From contig OZ245033.1 of the NCBI GenBank assembly GCA_965224025.1, forward strand, positions 3,392,001 through 3,456,000: a stretch of 64,000 nucleotides of DNA, read 5' to 3'. The notes under the pieces are model-generated. The model did no database searches. It was not told where the DNA came from and saw nothing but the letters and a program-made list of their open reading frames with translations. Made by a program: the position numbers and the translations under genes. Numbering within the stretch: position 1 is the stretch's first letter; the number at the start of each line of letters is the position of its first letter. Origin of the DNA: Candidatus Multivorans sp. GTDB taxonomy: Bacteria > Acidobacteriota > Thermoanaerobaculia > Multivoradales > Multivoraceae. Of this stretch, positions 31,498 to 42,893 are shown one piece after another.

Positions 31498-31584
31498 ACC
31501 GGGGGCCACTCTTCCAATCCGGGGAGGAACGGTCAAGGGGCGAGCGCCGCGGGACTACGGAAATGGGCTGGTAGCGTGACCGCG

Positions 31585-32427
31585 ATGCGCGGTTGCTGCC
31601 TGGCTCTCACCCTCACCCTCACCCTCTCCCTTTGCCCGACGGCCGGGTGCACGCCGGCGGGGTCGAGCGGTTCGGTGACCGAGGGAACCGGTACGCAACC
31701 GGTGCGGGCGCCCGAGCGCTGGTGGATCGAAGTGCTGGACCGGCGTCCGCACGACCTCAAGGCCTACACGCAGGGACTGCTCTGGCGCGAAGGCGTGGTC
31801 TATGAGAGCACCGGCTCGTACGGCGCCTCCAGCCTGCGCGCATGGCGCTGGAGCGACGGCGAAGAGCTGGCCCGGGTGGACCTGGACCAAAGACTGTTCG
31901 GAGAGGGGATTGCCCTCGTACCGGATGCCGGCGACCGGCTCGTTCAACTGACCTGGCGGCGGGGCGAGGCGCTCGTCTGGTCGCTCGACCCACTGCGGGA
32001 GCAGAGCCGCGTCCGGTACGACGGCGAGGGCTGGGGGCTGGCCTACGACGGTTCCGACCTGATCATGAGCGACGGCACGCCGGTGCTGACCCTGCGCGAT
32101 CCCCGTACTCTCGAGGTGCGCCGGCGGCTGCGGGTGACGAGGCGGGGCATGCCGCTCCCCGACCTGAACGAGCTCGAACTGGTCGACGATCTCCTCTTCG
32201 CGAACCTCTTCGGGAGCGACGAGATTGCCGTGATCGAACTTGCCTCCGGCTCGATGGTCGCCGTGGTCGACGCGTCGGGTCTGTTGACGGAGGAGGAGGC
32301 GGCCGCGGCCGATGTCCTGAACGGGATCGCCTACCGGCCCGGCACGGGGACCTTTCTGCTGACGGGAAAGTACTGGCCGTGGGTGTTCGAGGTGCGGATC
32401 GTGGGCTACGATGCCCCCGGTCCATGA
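31585..32427 (+). CDS. Glutaminyl-peptide cyclotransferase (beta-propeller, plant/bacterial type), probable lipoprotein
   Basis: HD..AYTQGL, ESTGSYG, FGEGI, QLTW, EGWGL, LNELE, VLNGIA, TGKYW; lipobox-like TAGC. Confidence 0.93.
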   Translation: MRGCCLALTLTLTLSLCPTAGCTPAGSSGSVTEGTGTQPVRAPERWWIEVLDRRPHDLKAYTQGLLWREGVVYESTGSYGASSLRAWRWSDGEELARVDLDQRLFGEGIALVPDAGDRLVQLTWRRGEALVWSLDPLREQSRVRYDGEGWGLAYDGSDLIMSDGTPVLTLRDPRTLEVRRRLRVTRRGMPLPDLNELELVDDLLFANLFGSDEIAVIELASGSMVAVVDASGLLTEEEAAAADVLNGIAYRPGTGTFLLTGKYWPWVFEVRIVGYDAPGP

Positions 32428-32542
32428 CGGCGCCGCCTGCACGTCACCCCTGGCGCCGGCCGGAGGTTCGCCGCGGTCTGTCCGGACCCCTGAGAGCAAA
32501 CGTACACGGGCCCGCCTTCAAGCAAGCGTAGGAGTTGAGACG

Positions 32543-33547
32543 ATGAGCGACCGCATCTGGTATCTGGCCACCTCCGGCAAGCAGGAAGGACCCTTTCTCG
32601 CCGGCGAGATCGTAGAGAAGATCCGTGCCGGCGCCGTTCCCCGAAGCGCACACGTGTACCGGGAGGGCTTGGGCAGTTGGGCGCCCGTGGTCAGCGAACC
32701 CCAATTCGCGTCCGCGTTCGGGAGTTCGATCCCGCGGCCGCCCGGGAGCGTCGCGGACGAGATCGACTACGTCATCGTGGGCGAGGAGATGCAGTTCGTC
32801 GAGATCACCCTCGATCCCGGGGAGGCGTGTGTCGCGGAGGCCGGGTCGTTCATGTACATGGACCCCGGCATCGAGATGAACACGATCTTCGGTGACGGTT
32901 CCGACCGTGGCGGAGGCGGCTTCATGGACAAGTTGCTGTCCGCCGGCAAGCGGGTGCTGACCGGTGAGTCCCTGTTCATGACGGTGTTCGGAAACAGCGC
33001 CGGCGACCGCCGGAACGTCGCCTTCGCATCGCCCTACCCTGGCCGCATCATCCCCCTCGATCTGCCCTCCCACAACAACAGGATCCTGTGCCAGAAGGAC
33101 GCGTTCCTGTGCGCCGCCAAGGGCGTGTCGGTCGGCATCGCGTTCCAGCGCAAGCTGGGCGCCGGCCTGTTCGGCGGCGAGGGGTTCATCCTGCAGAAGC
33201 TGGAGGGAGACGGTCTGGCCTTCGTTCATGCGGGCGGCACGGTCGTCGAACGGGATCTGGCCGCCGGCGAGACGTTGCGGCTCGACACCGGCTGCCTGGT
33301 GGCGTTCGAGCACCAGGTCGACTACGACATCCAGATGGTCAGCGGGATCAAGACGGCGCTGTTCGGGGGCGAGGGACTCTTCTTCGCCAGCCTGACCGGA
33401 CCGGGCAAGGTGTGGATCCAGTCTCTCCCGTTCAGCCGCCTCGCGAGCCGGGTGTTCGCGGCCGCGGCCCAGGGCGGCGGCGCGAAGAAGGGCGAGGGCT
33501 CGGTGCTCGGTGGTCTGGGAGGCCTGGTGATGGGCGACCGCCGCTGA
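32543..33547 (+). CDS. AIM24/TIGR00266-family protein with N-terminal GYF_2-like domain
   Basis: WY...GKQEGPF...VYREGLGSW; [23 protein letters not shown]. Confidence 0.9.
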   Translation: MSDRIWYLATSGKQEGPFLAGEIVEKIRAGAVPRSAHVYREGLGSWAPVVSEPQFASAFGSSIPRPPGSVADEIDYVIVGEEMQFVEITLDPGEACVAEAGSFMYMDPGIEMNTIFGDGSDRGGGGFMDKLLSAGKRVLTGESLFMTVFGNSAGDRRNVAFASPYPGRIIPLDLPSHNNRILCQKDAFLCAAKGVSVGIAFQRKLGAGLFGGEGFILQKLEGDGLAFVHAGGTVVERDLAAGETLRLDTGCLVAFEHQVDYDIQMVSGIKTALFGGEGLFFASLTGPGKVWIQSLPFSRLASRVFAAAAQGGGAKKGEGSVLGGLGGLVMGDRR

Positions 33548-33550
33548 CGG

Positions 33551-33823
33551 TCAGGTAGCGACGGTTTCGATCTTCAGCATCCGCGCCCAGGCGGCGCGCA
33601 GGCTGTCGGGGAGGTCGAGGTCCTCGAACAGATCGCGCACTTCGTCCCGCGAAACGTAGTCCCAGATGTCCTCCCACTGGGCGTAGCGGAGCATGCAGGA
33701 GACGGCGTAACACCGTTCCTCTCTGCTTCCGCCATGGAGCATCACGTTCAACTCCTCGGTGGTCACGCGCCGCTCCGGGAAGAAGTAGAGGGGCTGGTCC
33801 TGGTGCGAGGAGCTTGTAGCCAT
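33551..33823 (-). CDS. Hypothetical 90-aa protein
   Basis: MATSSSHQDQPLYFFPERR...; typical codon usage, fills the gap between flanking genes. Confidence 0.75.
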   Translation of the reverse strand: MATSSSHQDQPLYFFPERRVTTEELNVMLHGGSREERCYAVSCMLRYAQWEDIWDYVSRDEVRDLFEDLDLPDSLRAAWARMLKIETVAT

Positions 33824-33901
33824 CAAGGGAACGGACCGAGGCGCGGAAGGGGGCGGCGAAGCATCATAGCGCGGCCCGCTCGTGAAGCCACCGAAGTGCG
33901 C

Positions 33902-33930
33902 TTGACCGCCCGTGATGGCTGGGTTACCTT
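33902..33930 (+). promoter_or_regulatory. Putative sigma70 promoter of tRNA-Gly
   Basis: TTGACC - 17 nt - TACCTT, 20 nt upstream of the tRNA. Confidence 0.55.
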
Positions 33931-33949
33931 GGCGGTCCGCGGAGTTCTG

Positions 33950-34025
33950 GCGGGCATAACTCAGTTGGTAGAGTGCCAGCTTCCCAAGCTGGATGTCGCG
34001 GGTTCGAGTCCCGTTGCCCGCTCCA
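33950..34025 (+). tRNA. tRNA-Gly(CCC)
   Basis: Cloverleaf; anticodon arm CCAGC-TTCCCAA-GCTGG; GGTTCGA; CCA end. Confidence 0.97.
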
Positions 34026-34079
34026 GCCGCCAGTCCGTGCGGCCCCGTCCTGCTGACTTCGTACCGGGATAGAAAGTAG

Positions 34080-34508
34080 ATGGCGTTCTTCAAGAAGGAT
34101 CCAGGCGAGTCGGCGGCGGATGCCGCCCTGACGCCCCCCGGTGACGTGAGGTCGACTTCGGCCGCGCCGAGCCGAACGTACGTAGCGGCGGGCTCCCACA
34201 TCGAGGGCAGCATCTCCGGCGAAACGGAGGTTCTCGTCGACGGCGCCCTCGATGGGTGCGTGCAACTCGAGGGGCGGTTCGTTCTCGGTCGCCGCGGCCG
34301 GATCGAGGGCGACGTCAACGCCCGCTCGGTTCAGGTCTCCGGCAAGGTGAAGGGCAATGTGCGGGCCACGGAGAAGATCGAAGTAGGCTCTTCCGGCTCG
34401 ATCGAGGGGGATCTGGCCGCACCCTTGGTATCGATCGCCGAAGGCGGGGTCTGCAACGGCAGGATCGAGATGAGCGGCACGCTGGCGATCGGATCGCCGT
34501 CGGCTTAG
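34080..34508 (+). CDS. Bactofilin (polymer-forming cytoskeletal protein)
   Basis: Beta-helix repeats IEGSI, VDGALDG, IEGDV, VKGNV, IAEGGVCNGRIEM. Confidence 0.92.
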   Translation: MAFFKKDPGESAADAALTPPGDVRSTSAAPSRTYVAAGSHIEGSISGETEVLVDGALDGCVQLEGRFVLGRRGRIEGDVNARSVQVSGKVKGNVRATEKIEVGSSGSIEGDLAAPLVSIAEGGVCNGRIEMSGTLAIGSPSA

Positions 34509-34548
34509 GGGTTTCGCGGGCGAAGTCGCCGAGTCGGGCGGTTCCTGA

Positions 34549-35574
34549 CTAGGCCTCGTCGGCGGGCAGGCTCGACGCCAGATCGCAGGCGGCGCACAAC
34601 TCCTGCAGGTCCCGGGGTATGGGTGCGGTGTGGCTGGCAGGAAGTGCGCCGGAGAGGGAGGGGAGCGTCAGCTTCCGGGCGTGGAGCGCGGGGCGTGGAA
34701 ACTCCCGAAGCGGACGACGCAAGGCCGGCGGCAGGCCACGCCAGCGTTGTTCGCCGTAGGCTGGATCGCCGACCAGGGGGTGGCCGACCGCCTTGCAGTG
34801 GACCCGGATCTGGTGGGTTCTGCCGGTAAGGAGTTCGACTTCCAGCAGCGAAACGCCCGTTCCGGACGCGAGCACGCCGTAGCGGGTTGTCGCGGGACGG
34901 CCTCCCCGCGACTCCGGGACAATGGCCATACGCGTGCGGACGGTGGGGTGGCGGCCGATCGGGAGTTCGATCGTTCCGGTTTCGGGATCCGGCCGACCGT
35001 AGACGACTGCCAGGTACAGCTTCCCGACTTCTCGTTCGGCAAAGGCCCGGCTCAACCTGCGGTAAGCCTTGTCGGTGCGGGCGATGGCCAGAGCACCGCT
35101 GGTGCCCATATCCAGGCGGTGGACGATTCCAGGCCGCTCCGGGGATCCGACGCCTGCGATCTCCGGATGGTGGTGGAGAAGCCGGTTCACCAGGGTGCCG
35201 CTCCGAAGGCCGGCGCCGGGATGCACGACAAGTCCGGCCGGCTTGTCGACCACCAGCACCTGCTCGTCCTGGTGGAGCAGTCGGATCGGCCCGGCCTCGG
35301 GCTTCAGAGTAGTGGGCCGGAGTGGCGGAATCCGGTAGTCGATCCGCTCGTCGCCGCGCAGCCGGTAGGAGGGCTTGAGCGGTGTTCCGTTCACGGTCAC
35401 GCGGCCGTCGCGCAGGAGGTTCTGAACCTGGCCGCGGGGCAGATCCAGAGCTCGGGTCAGGTAGCGGTCGATCCGTTCACCAGTCGCGTCCGCAGGCGCC
35501 CTCAGGTGGCGCCGCGAACAGGGGAGTTCGGGAAGCTCGCGGGATGACGGCGGGGTCTCGTCTATCGAGTTCAC
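34549..35574 (-). CDS. rluD: RluA/RluD-family pseudouridine synthase
   Basis: KPAGLVVHPGAG, RPGIVHRLDMGTSG, TGRTHQIRVH. Confidence 0.93.
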   Translation of the reverse strand: MNSIDETPPSSRELPELPCSRRHLRAPADATGERIDRYLTRALDLPRGQVQNLLRDGRVTVNGTPLKPSYRLRGDERIDYRIPPLRPTTLKPEAGPIRLLHQDEQVLVVDKPAGLVVHPGAGLRSGTLVNRLLHHHPEIAGVGSPERPGIVHRLDMGTSGALAIARTDKAYRRLSRAFAEREVGKLYLAVVYGRPDPETGTIELPIGRHPTVRTRMAIVPESRGGRPATTRYGVLASGTGVSLLEVELLTGRTHQIRVHCKAVGHPLVGDPAYGEQRWRGLPPALRRPLREFPRPALHARKLTLPSLSGALPASHTAPIPRDLQELCAACDLASSLPADEA

Positions 35575-36101
35575 TTCGACGTGCGGGCCTGGATCAACCC
35601 GCGGCGGCTCTCTCCTGCCGCGCCCCGCCGCCGCCGAAGCTGTGGTCCGAAACTGTGCGCCAGCATCAGTACGATGCCGACCGTCACTCCGCTGTCAGCG
35701 ACGTTGAACGCCGGCCAGTGGTGGGCGCCGATGTACAGGTCCAGGAAGTCGGTCACGGCGCCCAACAGAATGCGGTCGACCAGGTTGCCGACAGCCCCTC
35801 CGAGCACCAGGGCGAGGGAGAGCAGGAGGAGCGGCTCGCGCTCCGAAGTGCTGCGGAAGTACAGCGAGACGGCGGTGAGCGCGGCGAGGCCGAGGGCGGT
35901 AAGCAGAAGTGTGCCGGCCAGCTCGCGGCCGGCGGGGAACAGACCGAAGGCGATGCCCGTGTTCTGGACGTGAACCAGGTCGAAGAAGCCCGGCAAGACC
36001 GGCAGCCGTCCGTGGAGTTCGAGGCTGGCTTCGATCCACAACTTGCTCCACTGATCGAGCGCCAGCACGAACGCGGAGAGGACGAGAAATCTCGACTTCA
36101 C
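35571..36101 (-). CDS. lspA: Lipoprotein signal peptidase II
   Basis: LDQWSK, NTGIAFG, GGAVGNLVDR, VTDFLD, WPAFNVADS. Confidence 0.97.
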   Translation of the reverse strand: MKSRFLVLSAFVLALDQWSKLWIEASLELHGRLPVLPGFFDLVHVQNTGIAFGLFPAGRELAGTLLLTALGLAALTAVSLYFRSTSEREPLLLLSLALVLGGAVGNLVDRILLGAVTDFLDLYIGAHHWPAFNVADSGVTVGIVLMLAHSFGPQLRRRRGAAGESRRGLIQARTSK

Positions 36102-36727
36102 GGGAGTGGGATCGTACCAGTCGCGCGCGTCCACGCGCTTGCGAGAGCCGCGGCCGTGCCGGGTTCGGCAAAGGCTCGGATCGCGGCCACGCCGTGTGCG
36201 CCCGCGCGGGCCAGCAGAGCCGCGTTGCGGGAATCGACACCGCCGACGGCGAGGATCGGGAGGGCGCCCTGCGCGGCCCGCTGCAGTCGTTCGAGACCCT
36301 GGGGGACACCGAACCGGAGCTTCTCGGGCGAGGCGAAGACGGGGCCGAAGAGGGCGTAGTCGACACCGGCATCGACGGCAGCCTCGATTTGCCGCTGGCT
36401 GTGCGTCGACACACCGAGCAGCAGGCCCCGCTCCCGGACCGTCGGGGCTACCTCGGCCCATGGTTGGTCCGAGCTCAGGTGGACGCCGTCGGCCCCGCAG
36501 GAGATAGCCGCTTCCAGATTGCCGTTGACGATCAGGAGGCCGGCAGCGACGCTTCGCAGTGTGCGGCCGATCGCGGTCAATGCGACGGAGTCGAGGTCCT
36601 TCTCGCGGAGCTGGATCGCGGCGCCGGCCGGCAGCGAGAGCGCCCAGCGTCCCAATCCGGATGCCCCGCCGCACAGGCGCCGGTCGCTGATGGCCAGCAG
36701 CGCCGGAACTTTGGACCTCGGCTTCAT
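36098..36727 (-). CDS. Thiamine-phosphate synthase family (ThiE/TenI)
   Basis: IQLREKDL, GADGVHL, GVSTHS, FGPVFASPEK, AVGGV. Confidence 0.88.
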   Translation of the reverse strand: MKPRSKVPALLAISDRRLCGGASGLGRWALSLPAGAAIQLREKDLDSVALTAIGRTLRSVAAGLLIVNGNLEAAISCGADGVHLSSDQPWAEVAPTVRERGLLLGVSTHSQRQIEAAVDAGVDYALFGPVFASPEKLRFGVPQGLERLQRAAQGALPILAVGGVDSRNAALLARAGAHGVAAIRAFAEPGTAAALASAWTRATGTIPLP

Positions 36728-37026
36728 CTTGCTCGATCGGGTTCCGGGATCGGCGCTTCCGGGTCGCCCGAACGCCTGCTGAGCAGGATGCGTTCGAGAT
36801 CGTGGATGCCCCAGATGAGATGAACGAGCCCGAATCCGGTGACCGCGCCGCGGACCCACGGCAGCATGAGAAACGCTCCCAGATGCGCCTGCGAGAGTGC
36901 CGATCTGGTGACCAGCAGGTTCCAGAACTCCCGCCACGGCGCGATGACCAGGAACAGCCCCGCCTCGACGCAATAGATCACGAAGAGAACGCGGAGCAGG
37001 CTGGACCAGGCGACACGCCAGCGCAT
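36724..37026 (-). CDS. Small hypothetical membrane protein
   Basis: 2-3 hydrophobic segments; ATGA overlap with downstream gene. Confidence 0.75.
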   Translation of the reverse strand: MRWRVAWSSLLRVLFVIYCVEAGLFLVIAPWREFWNLLVTRSALSQAHLGAFLMLPWVRGAVTGFGLVHLIWGIHDLERILLSRRSGDPEAPIPEPDRAR

Positions 37027-37200
37027 GGTCAGGAAAGAGCCCGCCGCGAGTTCCAGATTGTGGGCGCACTACCGGCCGCCGCCAGGGAAGACATGGGAGT
37101 CGCATTCTAGGACTCAGCGCCTCAAATCGGTACGCCAGTACCGATTCCAAGGCGGTGAGACCTAAGGCGGTTGGGGCCGAAGGCGCCTCCCCGCGTCGCC

Positions 37201-39441
37201 TCAGCGCAGGCGGGGAGGCGTGCGCCCGCTATCGCTGGGCGGCGACGACGACGGGCGCGAAGCCGGCGGCGACGAGGCCCTGGGCGCGGAAGAGCTGGAT
37301 GGTCTCGACGGTGGCGAGTAGCTGCGAGACGGCGGCGATGACGAGCGCGGCGACGAACTCCGGGGCGCGGACCGCGTCCGCGTGGGCGGCGCGGACCGCG
37401 TCCGCGTGGGCGGCGTGGAGCGCGGGCTCGAGGTTCTCGGCGGCGCGGACCGTGTGCGGGTCGGGGTGGACTTGGGCGTGGATGCCCGCGGCGGCGCCGA
37501 CCTGGTGCGGGTTGGTGTTGCGCGCCGCGGTGTGCTGGCGCGGTCCGGCCGCCTGGACGAAGGAGTCGCCGCCCGGGGGGAACTCGGCGACGCGTCCCGC
37601 CCGCGGATCGCGTCGAGGACGCGGCGCGCGGGCGTTGGTCTCCGGCTGCGATCGACCGTTCCTCCACTCGACCGTGGCGCTGCCACGCGGACCGTCGCCT
37701 CTTCGTCGGTGCTCCCAGGCGCTTCGACCGCGGTCGCCGGCCTCGGGGCGGGCGCCGCCGTCAGACCTCCGGTACGGACGCGCGTGGGTTTCGGCGTTTC
37801 CACTCGCCGGATCCCGGTGGCGGCATCGGATGGCGCCGCCGCATCGGTGGGAACCGAGCCGGCCCTCCGCGGTTGGATCGTGGTCTTGACATTGCCGCTG
37901 CCCGCGCGCTGAACCTCACCGGGGGCTGCCCGCCGAAGCGTGACGCCCGTGGCGGAGTTTGGTCCGGCGCCCGCTACCTGGGATGTGGAACCCGCGCGGA
38001 GCCCCCCAGCCGTGACGCCGACCAAGCCTGGCCGGTTGCGATCGGATGGGGTGCGCGCCACCGCGACGACGCCCGGTTCGGCGTCGGTCCGCTTGAGCCC
38101 CGTCTGGAGCGATTCGTGCAGGTCGGCTCTGCGGGCGATGAAGTCCGTGACGTCAGGGAGCTCGCTCTCGGAGATGCCGCGGCGCTTTCCGAGAAGGACC
38201 TGCTGCGCGGCCTCAGGATCCCGCCAGTTTCGGTAGTCGATGCCGTTCGTGTCGGTCGTGATGACGCCGCGGGCAAGCTTCGAGTGCCGGCGGCGCAGGG
38301 AGCGACCGTATGTGTAGCCGCGACCGTCGCCCAGGTAGCCTGACGGACAGAAAATCCAGGTGTTGAACGGATCCCAGAGGCCGCCGGCCCATCCGTAGAG
38401 GCCGTAGCGAAGGTCGAAGCCCAGACCCAAGTAGTGGCGCTGGTAGTAGCCGCGGGGGATCCAGCCGACATAGGACGGTCCCCAGTACCAGTAGACATGG
38501 CTGGGGGAGTAGATGGTGTTCGGGAACCAGAGCCAACCGTAGCCGGGGTTCAGGCTCCAACTGCCGTAGTGGTACGTGAGCGGACCCCAGGGATCCCGGG
38601 CGACCCAGTACAGTCCGGCGGGCGTATGCGTCCAGCGGCCCCGGCTGTACGGCTGCCAGTCGTCTTCGATCTCGGGCTTCCAGGCTCGGCGATCCTCGAC
38701 TTCGACCCACTGGCCATGACCGGTCAAGGCAGAGCCGTACCCGTCGGCATCGACGGCCGCGTAGGCCGCGAGCCGGGCGCGGTGACCCTCCGCCCATCGA
38801 TCCAAGGCCGCGGCAGCCGCGCCGGCGCCGCTCTGGAGCTCGATCCAGGGGTCGTCGAGGCCCCGAACCAGGAGCGCTTCGCCACCGCGGACGATCACCG
38901 AACCCCGCTGGGTGACGACCTCGGCGAACCCTTCCAGCACCGCGACTTCGGTCCAACTGTCGCCGTCGCTCTCGACCTGGTAACGGCCTTCCTGCTTGGC
39001 GTAGACCCTGGCGTTGGTCGTGTCGACCGCCGGCAGCTCCGAGTCCAGCAGGTGGTTCGCAACCTCCAGGCTCAGCCGGCCCCGGTGCAGGACGTAGAGG
39101 GAGTCCGCGTCGTCGGCGTCCGGTGATCCGGCGATCTGGGCGAAGGTGACCTCGCTGTCGTGGTCCAGGGCCAGAATCGAGCGGTCGGACATCAGCACCG
39201 CCAGACGGCCGTACGGTCTCGTCCAGAGTCGGTCTCCGCGCAGAACCGGCAGGTGGATCTCCAACTCGCTCTGAGCACCGGAGCGCGCCGCGAACAGGGT
39301 GGCGTCTCCGTCCAGCGCGCCGACGAAGCTGTAGACGCCGTCGACTTCTCCTCGTTCATGTTGTACCGGCTGCGCTTGCGCGGCGCTTGCAGCACCTGCC
39401 GCGACGACGATCAGGAGGGCTTGCGGGAGGGTGAATCTCAT
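37201..39441 (-). CDS. Secreted FecR-like/DUF6600-type protein with Pro/Ser/Arg-rich tail
   Basis: Signal peptide; GDRLWT; WQPYSRGRW, PWGPLTYHYGSW, YGWLWFP; low-complexity C-terminus. Confidence 0.85.
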   Translation of the reverse strand: MRFTLPQALLIVVAAGAASAAQAQPVQHERGEVDGVYSFVGALDGDATLFAARSGAQSELEIHLPVLRGDRLWTRPYGRLAVLMSDRSILALDHDSEVTFAQIAGSPDADDADSLYVLHRGRLSLEVANHLLDSELPAVDTTNARVYAKQEGRYQVESDGDSWTEVAVLEGFAEVVTQRGSVIVRGGEALLVRGLDDPWIELQSGAGAAAAALDRWAEGHRARLAAYAAVDADGYGSALTGHGQWVEVEDRRAWKPEIEDDWQPYSRGRWTHTPAGLYWVARDPWGPLTYHYGSWSLNPGYGWLWFPNTIYSPSHVYWYWGPSYVGWIPRGYYQRHYLGLGFDLRYGLYGWAGGLWDPFNTWIFCPSGYLGDGRGYTYGRSLRRRHSKLARGVITTDTNGIDYRNWRDPEAAQQVLLGKRRGISESELPDVTDFIARRADLHESLQTGLKRTDAEPGVVAVARTPSDRNRPGLVGVTAGGLRAGSTSQVAGAGPNSATGVTLRRAAPGEVQRAGSGNVKTTIQPRRAGSVPTDAAAPSDAATGIRRVETPKPTRVRTGGLTAAPAPRPATAVEAPGSTDEEATVRVAAPRSSGGTVDRSRRPTPARRVLDAIRGRDASPSSPRAATPSSRRPDRASTPRRATPTRTRSAPPRASTPKSTPTRTRSAPPRTSSPRSTPPTRTRSAPPTRTRSAPRSSSPRSSSPPSRSYSPPSRPSSSSAPRASSPPASRPSSSPPSDSGRTPPRLR
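37364..37411. repeat. Perfect 24-bp tandem duplication inside CDS
   Basis: GGCGCGGACCGCGTCCGCGTGGGC x2. Confidence 0.9.
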
Positions 39442-39798
39442 CTCTTTCCTCCAACGGGTCGGAGTCTGCACGCTACCACCGGGGACTCTCCGGCCGGGTT
39501 CGGTTCAACCCGGCGCTCTGGGCGCGTGCTCTTCTGCAGGAGGGTTGAGCAATCCGCGTGCCAGGAAAGTGGACACGACGCCCCTGGTTGGATGCGGGGC
39601 GCAGCGGCCTCGAAGCGGCGCCGCCAGACGCCTGCCCGGGAGCACGACCGGGGGGACTGGAGCGAAGGCCGGGGCGACTGGTCGTAACGGACCGTAGCGG
39701 GAACGTCACACCGGTGTCCATTCGTGGGGACAGTGGGCAAGCCCGCGGCCGGCCTTCTCGTATGATCGGCGCCGGCCTCCGCGCCGCGTAGGGATTGC

Positions 39799-40329
39799 AT
39801 GTCCGTTCTTCCGATCCGTCTCTACCCGGACCCCGTGCTGCGGGTGCAGTGCGCACCGTTGGAGGAGTTCGGCCCCGATCTGGCACGCCTGGTAGCGGAC
39901 ATGATCGAGACGATGCATGAGGCGCCCGGAGTCGGCCTTGCCGCGCCCCAGGTCGGCGTGGAGCTGCGCGTAGCGGTGGTCGACGCGACCGCCGGAATGG
40001 ACCCCGACGCGGTGCGGGTGCTGGTGAACCCGCGGGTCGTCGACTCGGCCGGCGTGGACACGGATACGGAAGGCTGTCTGTCCATTCCCGACTTCACCGA
40101 GAAGGTCACGCGGCCGGCCGCGGTTCGCATCGCGGCGACGGACCTGGAGGGTTCACCCTTCGAGATGGACGCGGAGGAGCTCGAGGCGCGGGCGATCCAG
40201 CACGAGCTGGACCACCTGGACGGCGTGCTCTTCGTCGATCGGCTGCGTGGGTTGCGAAGACAGCGGGCCAGGAGCTTTCTCCGCCGCCTGCGCGCGAGCG
40301 AACCGGCTACGGCCGGTGGGGAACGCTGA
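39799..40329 (+). CDS. def: Peptide deformylase
   Basis: GVGLAAPQVG, EGCLS, QHELDHLDG. Confidence 0.98.
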   Translation: MSVLPIRLYPDPVLRVQCAPLEEFGPDLARLVADMIETMHEAPGVGLAAPQVGVELRVAVVDATAGMDPDAVRVLVNPRVVDSAGVDTDTEGCLSIPDFTEKVTRPAAVRIAATDLEGSPFEMDAEELEARAIQHELDHLDGVLFVDRLRGLRRQRARSFLRRLRASEPATAGGER

Positions 40330-40352
40330 TCGCTCCGGCGGCAGGGGCGCCA

Positions 40353-40868
40353 TTGCGCTTTCCGGTATTGCCGGCGGCCCTTCTCGCGGCGCTGGGCCTC
40401 GTGGCCTGCGACGGTGGAGGAGGAAGCCCGACCGCGCCAACCCCTCCTGCGCCGCGGGGCGTCACCTTCTCCGCGGCGCAGGTCGCGGACGGGTCGATCG
40501 GGCTGCGCGGCATGGTGTCGGGGACGACGCTCGAGGTGGAGATTCATGCCGCCGGCGTCGAAGGTCTGTACGGTCTGGGCTTCGAGCTCCTGTTTCCCGC
40601 CAACCTGCTGCGCTACGAGGAGTCGGGCAGAGGCGTGTTCCCTAGCCTGGAAATCCTCGAGACCGCGCCGGGACAGCTTCTCGTGGGCGCCACCCATCTC
40701 GGCGCAGTCGCGGGTCTGAACGGCAGCGGTGCGATCGCCGTCGTCCGCTTCACGGCAGTCGCCAACGGCAGCGGGAGCTTCGACTTCAGCGCGCGGGAGG
40801 CCTTCGACAGTTTCGGGGATCGAATCGCCCTGAACTGGGCGGGGGCCACGGTTCAGGTCGCTCTCTGA
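40353..40868 (+). CDS. Lipoprotein with cohesin-like beta-sandwich
   Basis: Lipobox LVAC; LYGLGFELLFP, GSGAIAVVRFTAVANG. Confidence 0.7.
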   Translation: MRFPVLPAALLAALGLVACDGGGGSPTAPTPPAPRGVTFSAAQVADGSIGLRGMVSGTTLEVEIHAAGVEGLYGLGFELLFPANLLRYEESGRGVFPSLEILETAPGQLLVGATHLGAVAGLNGSGAIAVVRFTAVANGSGSFDFSAREAFDSFGDRIALNWAGATVQVAL

Positions 40869-41028
40869 GGCTGTCAACTCGTTCGTGGCTTCGCGGCGGC
40901 TGGACCGCCCCTGTCGCCGTTGCTACTGTCGCCGGTGCCATCCGCGCGCCCGAGGACGGGCGCGCGGAATGGGTCGCGTGTGGCGCGAATCGCGCCACCC
41001 GGGTTCAAAGTGACTCAGGAGTCGCTCG

Positions 41029-42462
<1,434 letters not shown>

Positions 42463-42473
42463 CCAGAGGCCGC

Positions 42474-42893
42474 ATGAGCAGAGGGCGAGCGGAATGCGAA
42501 CCGCGCCTGAGCGGTGCGGAGGCCGAGCAGGCCGCTGCCGACCTGCTGCGAAGAAAAGGGCATCGAATCGTGGGGCGGAACGTCGACACCGTTGCCGGCG
42601 AGCTGGACCTGGTCACGATGGACGGCGACACGCTCTGCTTCGTCGAGGTGAAGGCGCGTTTCGACCCGCGTTTCGGCGGCGCGGCCGCGGCGGTGGACCG
42701 TCGGAAGCGGCGCCGCCTGGTGCGGGCGGCGGAGGCCTACCTGAGCGAGCCGGACCGAACGCCGCTGCGGCTCGGTCCGTGCCGTTTCGACGTCGTGGCG
42801 GCGACCTGGCAGCCCGAGCAGGGCGAGTGGCGGTTCACTCACTATCCCGACGCCTTCACCGTCGACGACACGGGCGGGCGAAGCTGGCTCTAG
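42474..42893 (+). CDS. YraN/UPF0102 family protein
   Basis: GELDLV, FVEVKAR, CRFDVV. Confidence 0.93.
   Translation: MSRGRAECEPRLSGAEAEQAAADLLRRKGHRIVGRNVDTVAGELDLVTMDGDTLCFVEVKARFDPRFGGAAAAVDRRKRRRLVRAAEAYLSEPDRTPLRLGPCRFDVVAATWQPEQGEWRFTHYPDAFTVDDTGGRSWL

Noticed and set aside
31606-31629. (CTCACC)3 microsatellite as a phase-variation switch
   Set aside because: Hexamer, in frame, encodes LTLTLT in the signal peptide
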